Notes under the pieces: generated by a model
What the model saw: the letters and a program-made list of their open reading frames with translations, nothing else
Database searches by the model: none
What the model was told of the DNA's origin: nothing
Part shown: positions 11,541 through 22,169 of the stretch, piece by piece
Numbering within the stretch: the stretch's first letter is position 1
Layout: each line of letters starts with the position of its first letter
Program-made: the position numbers and the translations under genes
Origin: Octopus bimaculoides
Taxonomy: Eukaryota
NCBI RefSeq assembly: GCF_001194135.2
Contig: NC_068985.1
Span: forward strand, 63,307,256 to 63,341,206
DNA length: 33,951 nucleotides
Reading direction: 5' to 3'

Positions 11541-11790
11541 AAGATAATAAGAAAGTAAGATAATGGAGATATAACATTTAATAAAAATTTATTATCTGCA
11601 AAAATCAAACATGGTGACTTACAGCTGTTTCAATTTAGTTAAAAAGATTAAATAGCAATTATTAAAATCATTATATTAGGCTAAATATCTTCAGATACCA
11701 CCCCTTAATGAGGCTAATTTAACCTCTAGTTGAATATATATTTATATATACATAAATATTTATATATATACATACATGGCTGTAATGTGA

Positions 11791-11827
<37 letters not shown>

Positions 11828-12059
11828 CATAGACATACATACACATACATACAAAGATAGAAAAGTCAATCTGAATCGTATTAAAGTGATGACCTTCATC
11901 ATAGATGAGTCATCTCCTGGCACGTCAGTATTCCACCGTCAATTCCCACTCGAATTCATTGTTATCATACTTTTACAGACTACTCTTAAGGACATCTCTG
12001 AAGAATTTCATTTATTCTCTTCAGACTTACTTTTTCATTCCTTTAATAACTGATAGTGG

Positions 12060-12980
12060 AAAAAAAAATGTAAAATTTAGTTGTTTCGTGTCATCATCAT
12101 CATTTACTCGTCTTTTCAGGGAAGCAAGGATTGTACTCGAACCTTTTTTATGTAGTGTTGTGTCTGCCCACATCTTGGAAGTATTCAACATTTTAGACCA
12201 CCTACCCAAGAAACCAAATAGTTGGAATAAGTTCTTACATGTTGGGGATTTGATTATGTAACACCTTTGTTTTAGTTATGTTGGTAATTAAAACCCATCT
12301 TTCAAAGACTTCATGGAAAATATCGGTAATTGTCTGCAAAAGCACCAACTGTGTCATCAATGTAATACTGAAGTCGTAGTTTTCCTTTTTAGTACGGAGT
12401 CTGACAAGATTAAATATCTTGCTATTTGTGTGGACAAAACCCGAGTATAACTGAGAGGAAGATGAAAAAGAGGGTAGATGCAATCACACCTTCCTGTTTT
12501 ACTCCAGTTCTGTCAGTCAAATATCGTCAGGCTCGAGTGACTTGTTAGTCTTTAGGGAGTAAATTGCTTTTGTTGGGTTTTTCTAATGTCAGGTGATGTG
12601 GCTAAGAATTTCAGCATTGACCTTTGTACAATGTTGTCCAGAGATCTTTCGTTCAAAGTACACTCACAATTAAACAAATCATAGAAATATTCTAACCCTC
12701 AATCATTAGCAGCTGCTTGTTCTTTTATACGTTTTGTACCGTCTAAACCGTGTAGAACCCATTGCACATACACCATTGAATGCTTTAATCACACTAGTGA
12801 AACCTCTTATGTCATTCATATCAGTTGCTTTAATCTGTCACCAATTGTTCTTCATTGCTTGTCCTTGCTTGGTGAAAAGTATTTCCATTGTGCATATTAT
12901 TCTCCTCATGTGGTTGAACATGAAAAGTCGCATTCTTCGTGTTGATCTGCTTTTACTTGGCTGTTGGCCTCATCAAATTA
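12060..12980 (-). mobile_element. Decayed RTE-clade LINE fragment (linker and RT), internally deleted
   Basis: Minus-strand remnants FDEANSQVK, MKNNW*QIKATDMNDIRGF..IKA, YDLFNC, GVKQEGVIASTLFFIFLSVIL, KIFNLVRLRTK, INITKTKVL and ASLKRRV follow the RTE/BovB-type order. Confidence 0.7.
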
Positions 12981-13529
12981 GTCTTACACACATGTATGTA
13001 TGTATGTATGTATGTATGTATGTATGCAAGTATGTACAGTAAGCCCTCGACTATTGCGGATGTTACGTTCCAAAAACTTCGCGATAGGTGAAAATCTGCG
13101 AAATGGAAACTGTACTGTATATTTATTATTATTATTTTTATAATTTGTATATATTATAAATGTAAAACAACACCATAGAGGAATCGACATATGCTTAAAT
13201 AATAAAGCGCGATATAGCGAGGGATTATTGTATACATACATAATCTTACGTGTCTTGTATAACTATATGCATGTCCAAACTTACTTTCTATTGTAATTAA
13301 ATGCGATGCAAATCTTGTTTCGTGTAGCTGCTGTGTTGAAACGGTCAGCACTGGAAGCTCGAGGTCAACGAATTCGTTTGTTCTATATACAAACGTCGTT
13401 ATGTGAAAGATAATAATAATGAATTGTTATGCAACCACAAAGCTACATGAGTTGAAGTGGTTACAATTGATTTCATACACCCCAGTATTCGAATGGTAAC
13501 TGATTTTTTTCAAAACTGTCTCGATTGAA

Positions 13530-13955
13530 ATAATAATGATAATCCTTTCTACTAGAGGCACAAGGCCTGAAATTTGTGAGAGGGGGATAGTCGATTACAT
13601 TATAATAATGGTTTCAAATTTTGCCACAAGGGCGCCAATTTGGGGAGAGACAATAAATCAATTACATCGACCCCAGTGTTTCACTAGTACTTAATTTATC
13701 GACCCCAAAAGGATGAAAGTCAAAGTCGACCTCGGCGGAATTTGAACTCAGAATGTAAAGACGGACGAAATGCTGCATTTTCCTGGAGTACTAACGATTC
13801 TGTCAGCTCACCGCAATAATAATAATAATGATCCTTTCTACTGGAAGCACAATTTGGGGGAAGGGATTAAGTCGATTACATCGACCCCAGTGCATAACTG
13901 GTACTTATTTAATCGACCCTGAAAGGATGAAAGGCAAAGTCGACCCCGGTGGAAT
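13530..13955 (-). mobile_element. Three nested or tandem tRNA-derived SINE copies, each ending in (TTA)n
   Basis: Repeated GTCGATTACATCGACCCCAGT...TATCGACCCC.AAAGGATGAAAG.CAAAGTCGACCTCGGCGGAATTTGAACTC, whose reverse complement carries a B box GAGTTCAAATTCC. Copies are separated by AAT runs. Confidence 0.85.
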
Positions 13956-13991
13956 AATAATTAAAATAATAATAATAATATTATTATTATT

Positions 13992-14135
13992 GAGCGAGCC
14001 AGCAGAATCGTTAGCATACCGGGTAAAATGCTTAACGGCATTTATTCCGTCGTTACGTTCTGAGTTCAAATTCCACCGAGGTCGACATTGCCTTTCATCC
14101 TCTCGGGGTCGATAAAATAAGTATCAGTTGAACTC
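13992..14135 (+). mobile_element. tRNA-derived SINE, 5' part
   Basis: A-box-like GAGCCAGCAGAATCG, B box GAGTTCAAATTCC, then GAGGTCGAC.TTGCCTTTCATCC..CGGGGTCGATAAA. Confidence 0.85.
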
Positions 14136-15249
14136 TAAATGTTTGGAGCCACTTTTTCCACATTTTTTCCTTTATTTGTTAAAATGTCATCAAAAATAAA
14201 ATAGAATAAACAGGAGGTGGCGACAGCTGTGGCGGTGAGTTAATATTAAACAAATACCTATTTTCTGTTCAGATCGTATCAGCAGGTGAGCTTTTGGTAA
14301 GGAACTAACGCATGACTGTAGTAACCACAGTGCTGTACTGACTAAAGTACTGCGCTGAAGTATAGTATAGAATACGGTGGTGCACTGTAGTAGAGCACAT
14401 ACTGTAGTAGTATTCAGAAGTACCCTCAGATCCTGCCTGTGAAACTGTTGAAAGACTTAACAGCAGCTTATGTAGGAAAGTGAGATTTCTTATAGGTAAA
14501 ACACGACAGCAAAAAGAATTAAAACTAAAAAGAGAAGAGAAGAGAACATTACATATTGACATGCAGACATAGTGGTGGGGGTGGTAAGCATCCAACGAAC
14601 TAGAGCTGTAGATGTTCAGTTCATTTACGCTACTTGTACTCAAAATAGCCAACCAGCCGCTCTCAGTCCATTTGTAGTCGAAATGGAGTTACTATGTCAC
14701 AACGGTTTTTTTTTGGACTATTCCTGTTTATTTAACTTTATCAAGAAAAAATTTGAACAAAACAATGAGAAAATATTCCCTATTCAAATATAGAAAGGGT
14801 TATATATTTGGTAGTTTGACAACTTGCCGAAATACGACGGTTATATATTTTTAGAGAAATGTATATAATTTTATCAAGTTGTAAAGATGCAGTTGATACA
14901 TTGAAGACCTTTTGTACTGGTTTGTAAGAGTTCTGAATGAACTGTTTAGACATTGTTGAACCTCCTTCAGTATAAATGAAGAGCTGTCGATGACATTGAA
15001 GATAATGCCGCCAATATTCAATATTCAATTCGTTTGTAGTTGTAGAAGATAGGGCAATGAGTTTTTATAAAATCTTTGGTCAAACAAATTTGGAGAGACG
15101 AAATAAAATTGTATATTTAAGAATTTATAAAACTTATATAATTCATAGGACTGTACTATCTCTGTACAATCAGCTGATGGGAACAGGACACGAAACTACG
15201 CCAGTTTGGTTAGTAGCATCAACAGGTCTGCAGCATCACTTGTAGGGGT

Positions 15250-15960
15250 TCCTTTCGGAAATACCTTAAAAGCCTACTCGTGGCCTTTACATTAGGGGTT
15301 CCCACATCGCGGCAAAGCTCTCCCTAATATTTTTTGTTTTTAGAAGCATTCGCATCACCATCAGTGTTTCTGGCACTTACACGGTGCTGGTACCGAAGAT
15401 CTCACCGTCTCTCTCGATGTCCTTCCTTCGTGCTATGAGGGTTATCAATTCTTTGTTGGCCTTCCTCACTATTACGAAGTTTTGTGTTTGTACTGTTGGT
15501 TGTTGCTATTGGTAGTGATGGTGGTGGGTTCTTTCCAGGGCTGTTGCAGTGGTGTTGGAGGGGTTGATGTTGCTGTAGATGTGGGTGTATTTTCTCTGTT
15601 TTTTGATGTGTGTTGGTGTGGGGCAATGTACCTTATTGTGTTTTATTTTTGATTTGTTTGGTTTGGGGGGTTTCATTGTTTGTTATTCACAACGTAAGTA
15701 TCGTTGCCGTTTAAGTTGTCGAGGCTACTGTTGGTCTTGTTTTTTTCCCTATTATAGTTTTTGTTGTTGCAGTGATGGTGGTGGTGGTGGTGTAGGTAAT
15801 GGCCATGCTCGTTGTTTTATTGTTGATGCTGTTAATTGATGTCTTTGGTATTGTTTCATTTATTGTGGAGAATTCAGCTTCGTAATTGGAATGAAATTCA
15901 TGCGCTGTATTGTCGTTGTTGTGGCTGCTGTTTGTTGTTATAGTGGTGGAATCTCCTCTT
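15250..15960 (-). mobile_element. L1/Tx1-clade ORF1 3' remnant
   Basis: Minus strand encodes NFVIVRKANKELITLIARRKDIERDGEIFGTSTV*VPETLMVMRML, homologous to NFLLVRKSNKQLMDLLSRRKDAEREGVIFGTSTFQVPETLVLVRML at about 33600-33740. Both are preceded by a T/N/Q-rich low-complexity tract. Confidence 0.75.
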
Positions 15961-16252
15961 CAGTCTCTGTTATACTTAGTATAAACTCTGCATTAATACT
16001 AATAGCAACTAAGTTCATTTAAACTCAGATCGACCCTGATCTAGTAGGCTTGTCGTCAAATGCATTCTAATCATTTCAATCCTATATTTATTTTTCAGGC
16101 ACAGTTTAGAACTACATTATCTTATGTCTCCTGTATTTTATTTAGACACAGTTTATCTAGGACTACATTATCTAATACGTTCTTTGCATTTCAAGAACTT
16201 CGTCAGTCCACAACTCCGAGTTTATAGTTGACGTCAATCTTAAAGTGATTTC

Positions 16253-17146
16253 GGATCTTTCTGATTTGGCGGACACCATTTGTTTTCTAACGAAACACTT
16301 TCAAACTTGGGATACTGATAGAATGTGTCATATAAAACATCTTTTTCTCTTAGCCTTGTTAAGAAAAGTTTGTATATTCGAAGTTATTTCATGTTAAAAG
16401 TTGTCGTATTTCGGTAATTTCAACCAATCACTGACGTCTATTGAGGTGAAAACAATTACTGCTGTGGTTTGTCAACAACACGTTGTGGCGGTGTAATGGG
16501 ATCTTTTCCCTTGAATAAAATTAGTGCCGTTGTTTGTCAACAACAACTATCGGCAGTACTGTTATTTATGACATCGTTCGTGCGTTTGTACTGGTTTTAG
16601 CTTTAGGGTTTTAGGGTTAGGGTTCGGGTTTTAGAGTTAGGGTTAGGGTTAGGGTTTTACGGTTAGGGTTAGGGTTATGAGCATTTTTGCCAAATTTGGC
16701 GAAAATATGTTCAATACACCGCCACAAATTTTTCGCCAAATTTGGCAAAAATACTCATAACCCTAACCCTAACCCTAACCCTAATCCTAACCCTAAAACC
16801 CTAAAGCTAAAACCAGTACAAACGCACGAACGATGTCATAAATAACAGTACCACCGATAGTTGTTGTTTACAAACAACGGCACTAATTTTATTCAAGGGA
16901 ATACACCGCCACAACGTGTTGTTGACAAACCACAGCAGTGATTGTTTTCACCTCAATAGACGTCAGTGATTGGTTGAAATTACCGAAATACGACAACTTT
17001 TAACATGAAATAACTTCGAATATCAAAATTTTTCTCTGTTCTATAAGACAAAATATACAAGTATACGAAGTTTTAAAGTGTTTCGGTAGAAAACACACTA
17101 AATAAAAACTAAATAAAAAATGGTGTCCGCCAAATCAGAAAGATCC
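16253..17146. mobile_element. 894-bp foldback MITE with whole-length inverted arms, internal TTAGGG/CCCTAA tracts and a probable 8-bp TSD
   Basis: Termini GGATCTTTCTGATTTGGCGGACACCATT and AATGGTGTCCGCCAAATCAGAAAGATCC are exact reverse complements. Inner arms are near-identical, with a spacer of only about 13-24 nt. Flanks are GTGATTTC (16245-16252) and ATGATTTC (17147-17154). Confidence 0.9.
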
Positions 17147-18896
17147 ATGATTTCTTGCCACTGTTGTAAGAAGTATGAATGAATTCAATGTAATCTAATG
17201 TTCTGTCTCACTGGAATCATAAGAGAGATTTGAACTCAGAACAGAAATAATATTTTGACTTTTCACAAATAATAAGTTTAAAAAAGGAAAATTTATATTC
17301 GTAGATATACGTTTGGTAACTTCATTAAATTACATGAATATCACTTTGGTTGGTTGACATGCCTAGTACTAATTTCACTTGTTATTAAAAATTTAGTCTA
17401 AAAACTAATGTTACCCTGTAGGGATTGATTCAATTTGAATAAATGAAGGATTTGAAAGGAAGCTATCAGAGTTTAAGGCTATGAATGCAGCGAGTTCCAT
17501 CTTCGTACAAATACAGTTTTCAGATATACTATAGTTACTATTATAGTTTATTAATAATAATCACATTATTATTAATATGTTTAATATTATTAATAATATT
17601 GCGATTACGACTTAGATCATCCGTTGTTAACATGATTTACTTCAGTTTGATTTAAATCCAATAATCTCTTTAAACTTAACTTACAACACTTTTGTATGTT
17701 TTTCTTTCATAAATTTCCTTAACTTATTATATTCAGAGAGTTTTTATCTATTTTTGGCTAATCGATGCCAGCCAGCAATGGAATCTAGCTGTACCCGGCT
17801 TTTATTTCAAAACAACAAACACTGTAATACTGCAGATAGCTTAATCTTAAAAGAAAGATTTATGAGCGGATAAGTCTCAAAAGCAAAACCAAAAAACTGG
17901 GAATACCGTCACAGAGACTGCAATAGAACAAGTTCATAAAAAAAAAACCTACAGACGTAAGGGCTATGGCTACATGTTATTCGCTTATTTGGTAGCCTCG
18001 GAAAGAATTTCTTCAAGAAAACAGCATTTTAACAGTTTTTATTCTTGGAGAAAACATTTCAAAAAACTTTAATCAATCAATAAATAATAAATGTAATGAA
18101 TTATTTGAGATTTTTAAAATCTTCAATTACAAGTCTTTAAAACGAACCAACGATATACTGGAAATCAAAAACATTTGGACTTGGTAATACATTCACTGAC
18201 CAAACTCAGACAGTCTTCAATGAACTTGAATCAGTGAAATTATTGGCTGGTTTTTGAACGTTTGGTGAAAATTAAACAAGAATGAAGAAAAGCGTACTAA
18301 CTGCAGATGGAATCTACTGGAACCACATGCTTAATCTGCACTTCCGCTCACCATAATACCAATAAGGCTGCGTTGCTGCTTAGTTTCTGGGGTTTTCTCC
18401 TAGCATCATTTTTTTAAAATTTCTTATCTGAAATAACTTGAAAATGTATTTGGCTGGCGTTTTCACTCTGGAAATTAAAAGCTAACCAAATCTGAAAAAT
18501 AAAACTGAATTATAATTTCAAAAGCAAATTTCTTGTTTTACTTTATAAACAAATTATAATTTTTTTCACTAATTATTAATCATCCAGGAGGCAAGCAACA
18601 TCGATGAAAGAAGGTAAGTTCTTGGTGAGACAAGACCCAAACCTAATTTCTGTACCATTTGACTCACACCAGTACATATTTTAAGGGAAACATGAACATT
18701 ATATTGGGCGCACACCGAGTAAGATGGCTGTTACAAAGACGTCGAACTTCTGAACTAGAAGTTCTGGTCATGGTTAACCATATGTGTCAAATGCATCTTC
18801 AGGTGTTGGAAATTTTACAAGATATTGGAATGTTTAAAGAAAAAGCAGTAAATCTTCTTGACCAAGGATAGGCTTAAAGCAGTTTCTACGAATATC

Positions 18897-19117
18897 CATA
18901 GTGTAACCTAGTTAGTCAGAGCCTGTATTCCTGTAACATTTACAATGCGACCAACTTAGTTGCAGTATATATTGTTGTAACATGTATAGTGTGACCTAGA
19001 TAACCATAATAGATATTGCAACAACATCTATAGTATGACTTAATTAGTCGCAGTCAGTATTGCTGTAACATTGTAGTGGGGCCAAGCTAAGAACAGTTTG
19101 TATTGCTATAAAACACG
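18897..19117. repeat. Degenerate 44-bp tandem array, about 5 units
   Basis: Units start at 18897, 18941, 18985, 19029 and 19073, with approximate consensus TATAGTGTGACC.A.TTAGT.GCAGT..GTATTGCTGTAACAT. Confidence 0.7.
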
Positions 19118-20318
19118 TAGATAGACTACCCAGATACGTTTATCCTGGCGTTATCAGAAAATACTTTGGTTTTGAACACTAATCACTAAAGTATTTGTGA
19201 GCAAAGACAGAGGAGAGTATAGAGAAGTGTGTAAAAGAATTCTCCTACTACATCATCATGGTTAGACACAGAACCATAGACAATGAACCCAAACTTCACC
19301 ACGTCATTACCAGACGGGCCAGATAACCTCTGAACTCAGCTCAGTAACTTGCTGAACACTAAACAAACATCAGCTAGAATATTGCATGGCACAACTAACT
19401 TAACATATATCTTTGATAGAACATAATTAATGTAGCTAATAATTAAAGTATTCCATAAGCTATACTATAATTATTCAGTTTAAAACATTACCAGTTAATT
19501 ATTAAGATTTTAATTCGACATGATAAACATTAACTTTAGACGGAAAAACGAACAATGGCCACCCTCAGGTGGTGATCTCACTGCCCAATACATGTTTAGA
19601 AACATTATTTTGCAAATATACCATCAGGAAACCAATTTCACTTCACTTGCACCTGTTAATGCCATTGAGAAAGGCACAAACGTTAAAATATCTCCTTCAT
19701 TTACCATAAGAATATAAATCCTACGCAGAAGAAAAAATTATAATGTTAAAGAATGTTATCTGTTAAAGTATATTAATTCTGTACTTCAGTGTTCTGAGGA
19801 CATATCCAAAGGAGTCTATTGAGGTTTTTATCTCGTTCGACTAACTGTAATTGGTTCAAGAAGTTATGGACTTCCTCCAATAATAGCTAAGCTTTATAAA
19901 ATTTAAGGAAGCGTGATGATTGATAGAGAATCAGTCAAAAGAGTGCAATGGTTGATTCTAGTTTAAATACAGCCATAGTCAGCAGTATATTTTAACTCTC
20001 CATAGCCAAGATATAAAGATCAGTTACATATTGGGGTCGATTCAATAGCGATTTATCTATTGGCATAGCTATGCGGTTAAGAAGTACTAAATTAAATCTT
20101 ACTGAACGGCACTGTGGACAAGTATCCTCTACCATAGCCTGTATGTATGCACTAGCGCGCGCACACACACACACACATGCACATATACTTCGTTTTTGTA
20201 TCTGGCTTGCAAGATTCTTTATATGAATTCGTGTGTTGTGTCTGGAGAGTCATATTGTCTTAATGCCTTATCATCTAACACACCCACCTGTTCGATTTCC
20301 ACTCACACACACACACAC

Positions 20319-20762
20319 NNNNNNNNNNNNNNNNNNNNNNNNNNNNNNNNNNNNNNNNNNNNNNNNNNNNNNNNNNNNNNNNNNNNNNNNNNNNNNNNNN
20401 NNNNNNNNNNNNNNNNNNNNNNNNNNNNNNNNNNNNNNNNNNNNNNNNNNNNNNNNNNNNNNNNNNNNNNNNNNNNNNNNNNNNNNNNNNNNNNNNNNNN
20501 NNNNNNNNNNNNNNNNNNNNNNNNNNNNNNNNNNNNNNNNNNNNNNNNNNNNNNNNNNNNNNNNNNNNNNNNNNNNNNNNNNNNNNNNNNNNNNNNNNNN
20601 NNNNNNNNNNNNNNNNNNNNNNNNNNNNNNNNNNNNNNNNNNNNNNNNNNNNNNNNNNNNNNNNNNNNNNNNNNNNNNNNNNNNNNNNNNNNNNNNNNNN
20701 NNNNNNNNNNNNNNNNNNNNNNNNNNNNNNNNNNNNNNNNNNNNNNNNNNNNNNNNNNNNNN
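20319..20762. other. Assembly gap between (CA)n and (GA)n
   Basis: N run. Confidence 0.99.
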
Positions 20763-20816
<54 letters not shown>

Positions 20817-20889
20817 AAAGAAAAAATAGTGGTACGGTCAACAACTTACATTCCACATTCACATTTATACACACACACACATACACACA

Positions 20890-21105
20890 TTGATTTCAAA
20901 TTTTGGTACAAGGCCAGCAATTTTGGGGGAGGAAATAAGTCGATTAGATAGGCTCCAATGTTCAACTGGTACTTATTTTATCGACCCTGAAAGAATGAAA
21001 GGGAAAGTTGACCTCGGCGGAATTTGAACTCAGAACATAAAAACGGACGAAATGTCGCTAAGTATTTTGCCCAGTGTGGTGACTATTTTGCCAGCTACTG
21101 CCTTA
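20890..21105 (-). mobile_element. tRNA-derived SINE (same family as 13530-14135)
   Basis: TATCGACCCTGAAAGAATGAAAGGGAAAGTTGACCTCGGCGGAATTTGAACTCAGAAC. Confidence 0.85.
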
Positions 21106-21329
21106 TATATATATATATGAAGGACAAAAGGAACGACATACTTATTTTTTTTGGAAAATATTGCTTGACGAATGAAATTTGGTGTGGTGGGGGATATATA
21201 TAACGTGTAAGAATTCCATTTTATGTGTTAATTTTAACTTCAAAAAGTCAAATAATGATTCAAAGTTTTGCACACAAATCATTAAATTCAGTAGAAATAT
21301 TGAAAATAAAACACGTAAAACACGTAAAT

Positions 21330-21515
21330 AATTCTAATTTTGACACAAAACTAGCAATTTCGAGGAGAAGGGCCAGTCGATTATATGGACCCCAGTACTT
21401 GACTGGTACTTAATTTTATCACGTCCAAAAGGCAAAATTAACTCAGCAGGATTTGAACTCAGAATGTGATATGTCGGAATGCCGCTAAGCATTTTGTCCT
21501 ACTTCGCCACCTTAA
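21330..21515 (-). mobile_element. tRNA-derived SINE, degenerate
   Basis: GTCGATTA...GACCCCAGT..TTGACTGGTACTT...GGATTTGAACTCAGAA...GCCGCTAAGCATTTTG. Confidence 0.75.
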
Positions 21516-21529
21516 AATTTAGTTAAAAT

Positions 21530-21680
21530 AAGCCTTTCTACTATAGGCACAAGGCCTGATATTTTGGGGGAGGAGTTAGTCGATTACATCGACCCAGTGC
21601 TCGACTGGTACTTATTTTATCGACCTTGGAAAGATGAAAGACTAAGTCGACCTCGGCGGAATTTGGACTCAGAACATAAA
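21530..21680 (-). mobile_element. tRNA-derived SINE, 5'-truncated
   Basis: CCTTTCTACTATAGGCACAAGGCCTGA...GTCGACCTCGGCGGAATTTGGACTCAGAAC. Confidence 0.8.
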
Positions 21681-21832
21681 AAGTGTAGTTAAAATAAAAA
21701 CAAAATAGTCATTATCATCAGTAAATATATTCTCAATAATAGAACCAAAAAGAAAAAAAGAACAATTGGGACTGCCAAAAATTAGTATGTGCCATTTAGA
21801 TGCTTAGTTTTAGTTTTTTTGTTCAACAGGTG

Positions 21833-22140
21833 CAGTGAAGGCGCGGGGCTAGTGGTTAAGGCATTCGGCTCACGATCGTAAAGATCATGAGTTCAATTCC
21901 TGGCGACACATTGTGTCCTTGAGCAAGAGATTTTATTTCTAGTTGCTCCTATTCACTTAGCTGGCAAAAATGAGTAGTACCTGTATTTTAAAGGGCCAGC
22001 TATGTCACATTCTATTTCACGCTGAATCATCCTGAGAAATACGTTAAAGGGTATGCGTATCTATGGAGTGGTCACCCATTTGCACGTTAATTTCCCGAGC
22101 AGGCTTTTCTGTTGATCGGGTGAACTGGCACCCTCGTCAA
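21833..22140 (+). mobile_element. Second tRNA-derived SINE family
   Basis: A-box-like GGCTAGTGGTTAAGG, B box GAGTTCAATTCC, then TGTGTCCTTGAGCAAGA, a motif common just downstream of the tRNA head in metazoan SINEs. The body differs from the other SINE family. Confidence 0.7.
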
Positions 22141-22169
22141 CAGATGTGGGGACAACCGAAAATTTTTAT

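Noticed and set aside
14211-14291. Pair of micro-exons (14214-14234 and 14273-14285)
   Set aside because: The splice motifs look good but the implied intron is only 38 nt and there is no other support.
14800-15150. piggyBac-like transposase remnant (DAVDTL)
   Set aside because: Only one short motif resembles the family; too degraded to call.
16603-16805. True chromosomal telomere-telomere fusion site
   Set aside because: The tracts are short, embedded in TIR-bounded arms with a TSD, and the same arm recurs at 1995; a mobile element explains it better.
17730-18870. Possible hAT remnant or host exons (donor AG|GTAAGT near 18613)
   Set aside because: No sustained open frame or recognisable motif.
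18897-19117. CRISPR-like array
   Set aside because: Eukaryotic context; the units are degenerate tandem repeats without identical repeats separated by unique spacers.
21833-21910. Functional tRNA gene
   Set aside because: A and B boxes are present but there is no complete cloverleaf or acceptor stem, and it continues into a SINE body. The same applies at 13992.
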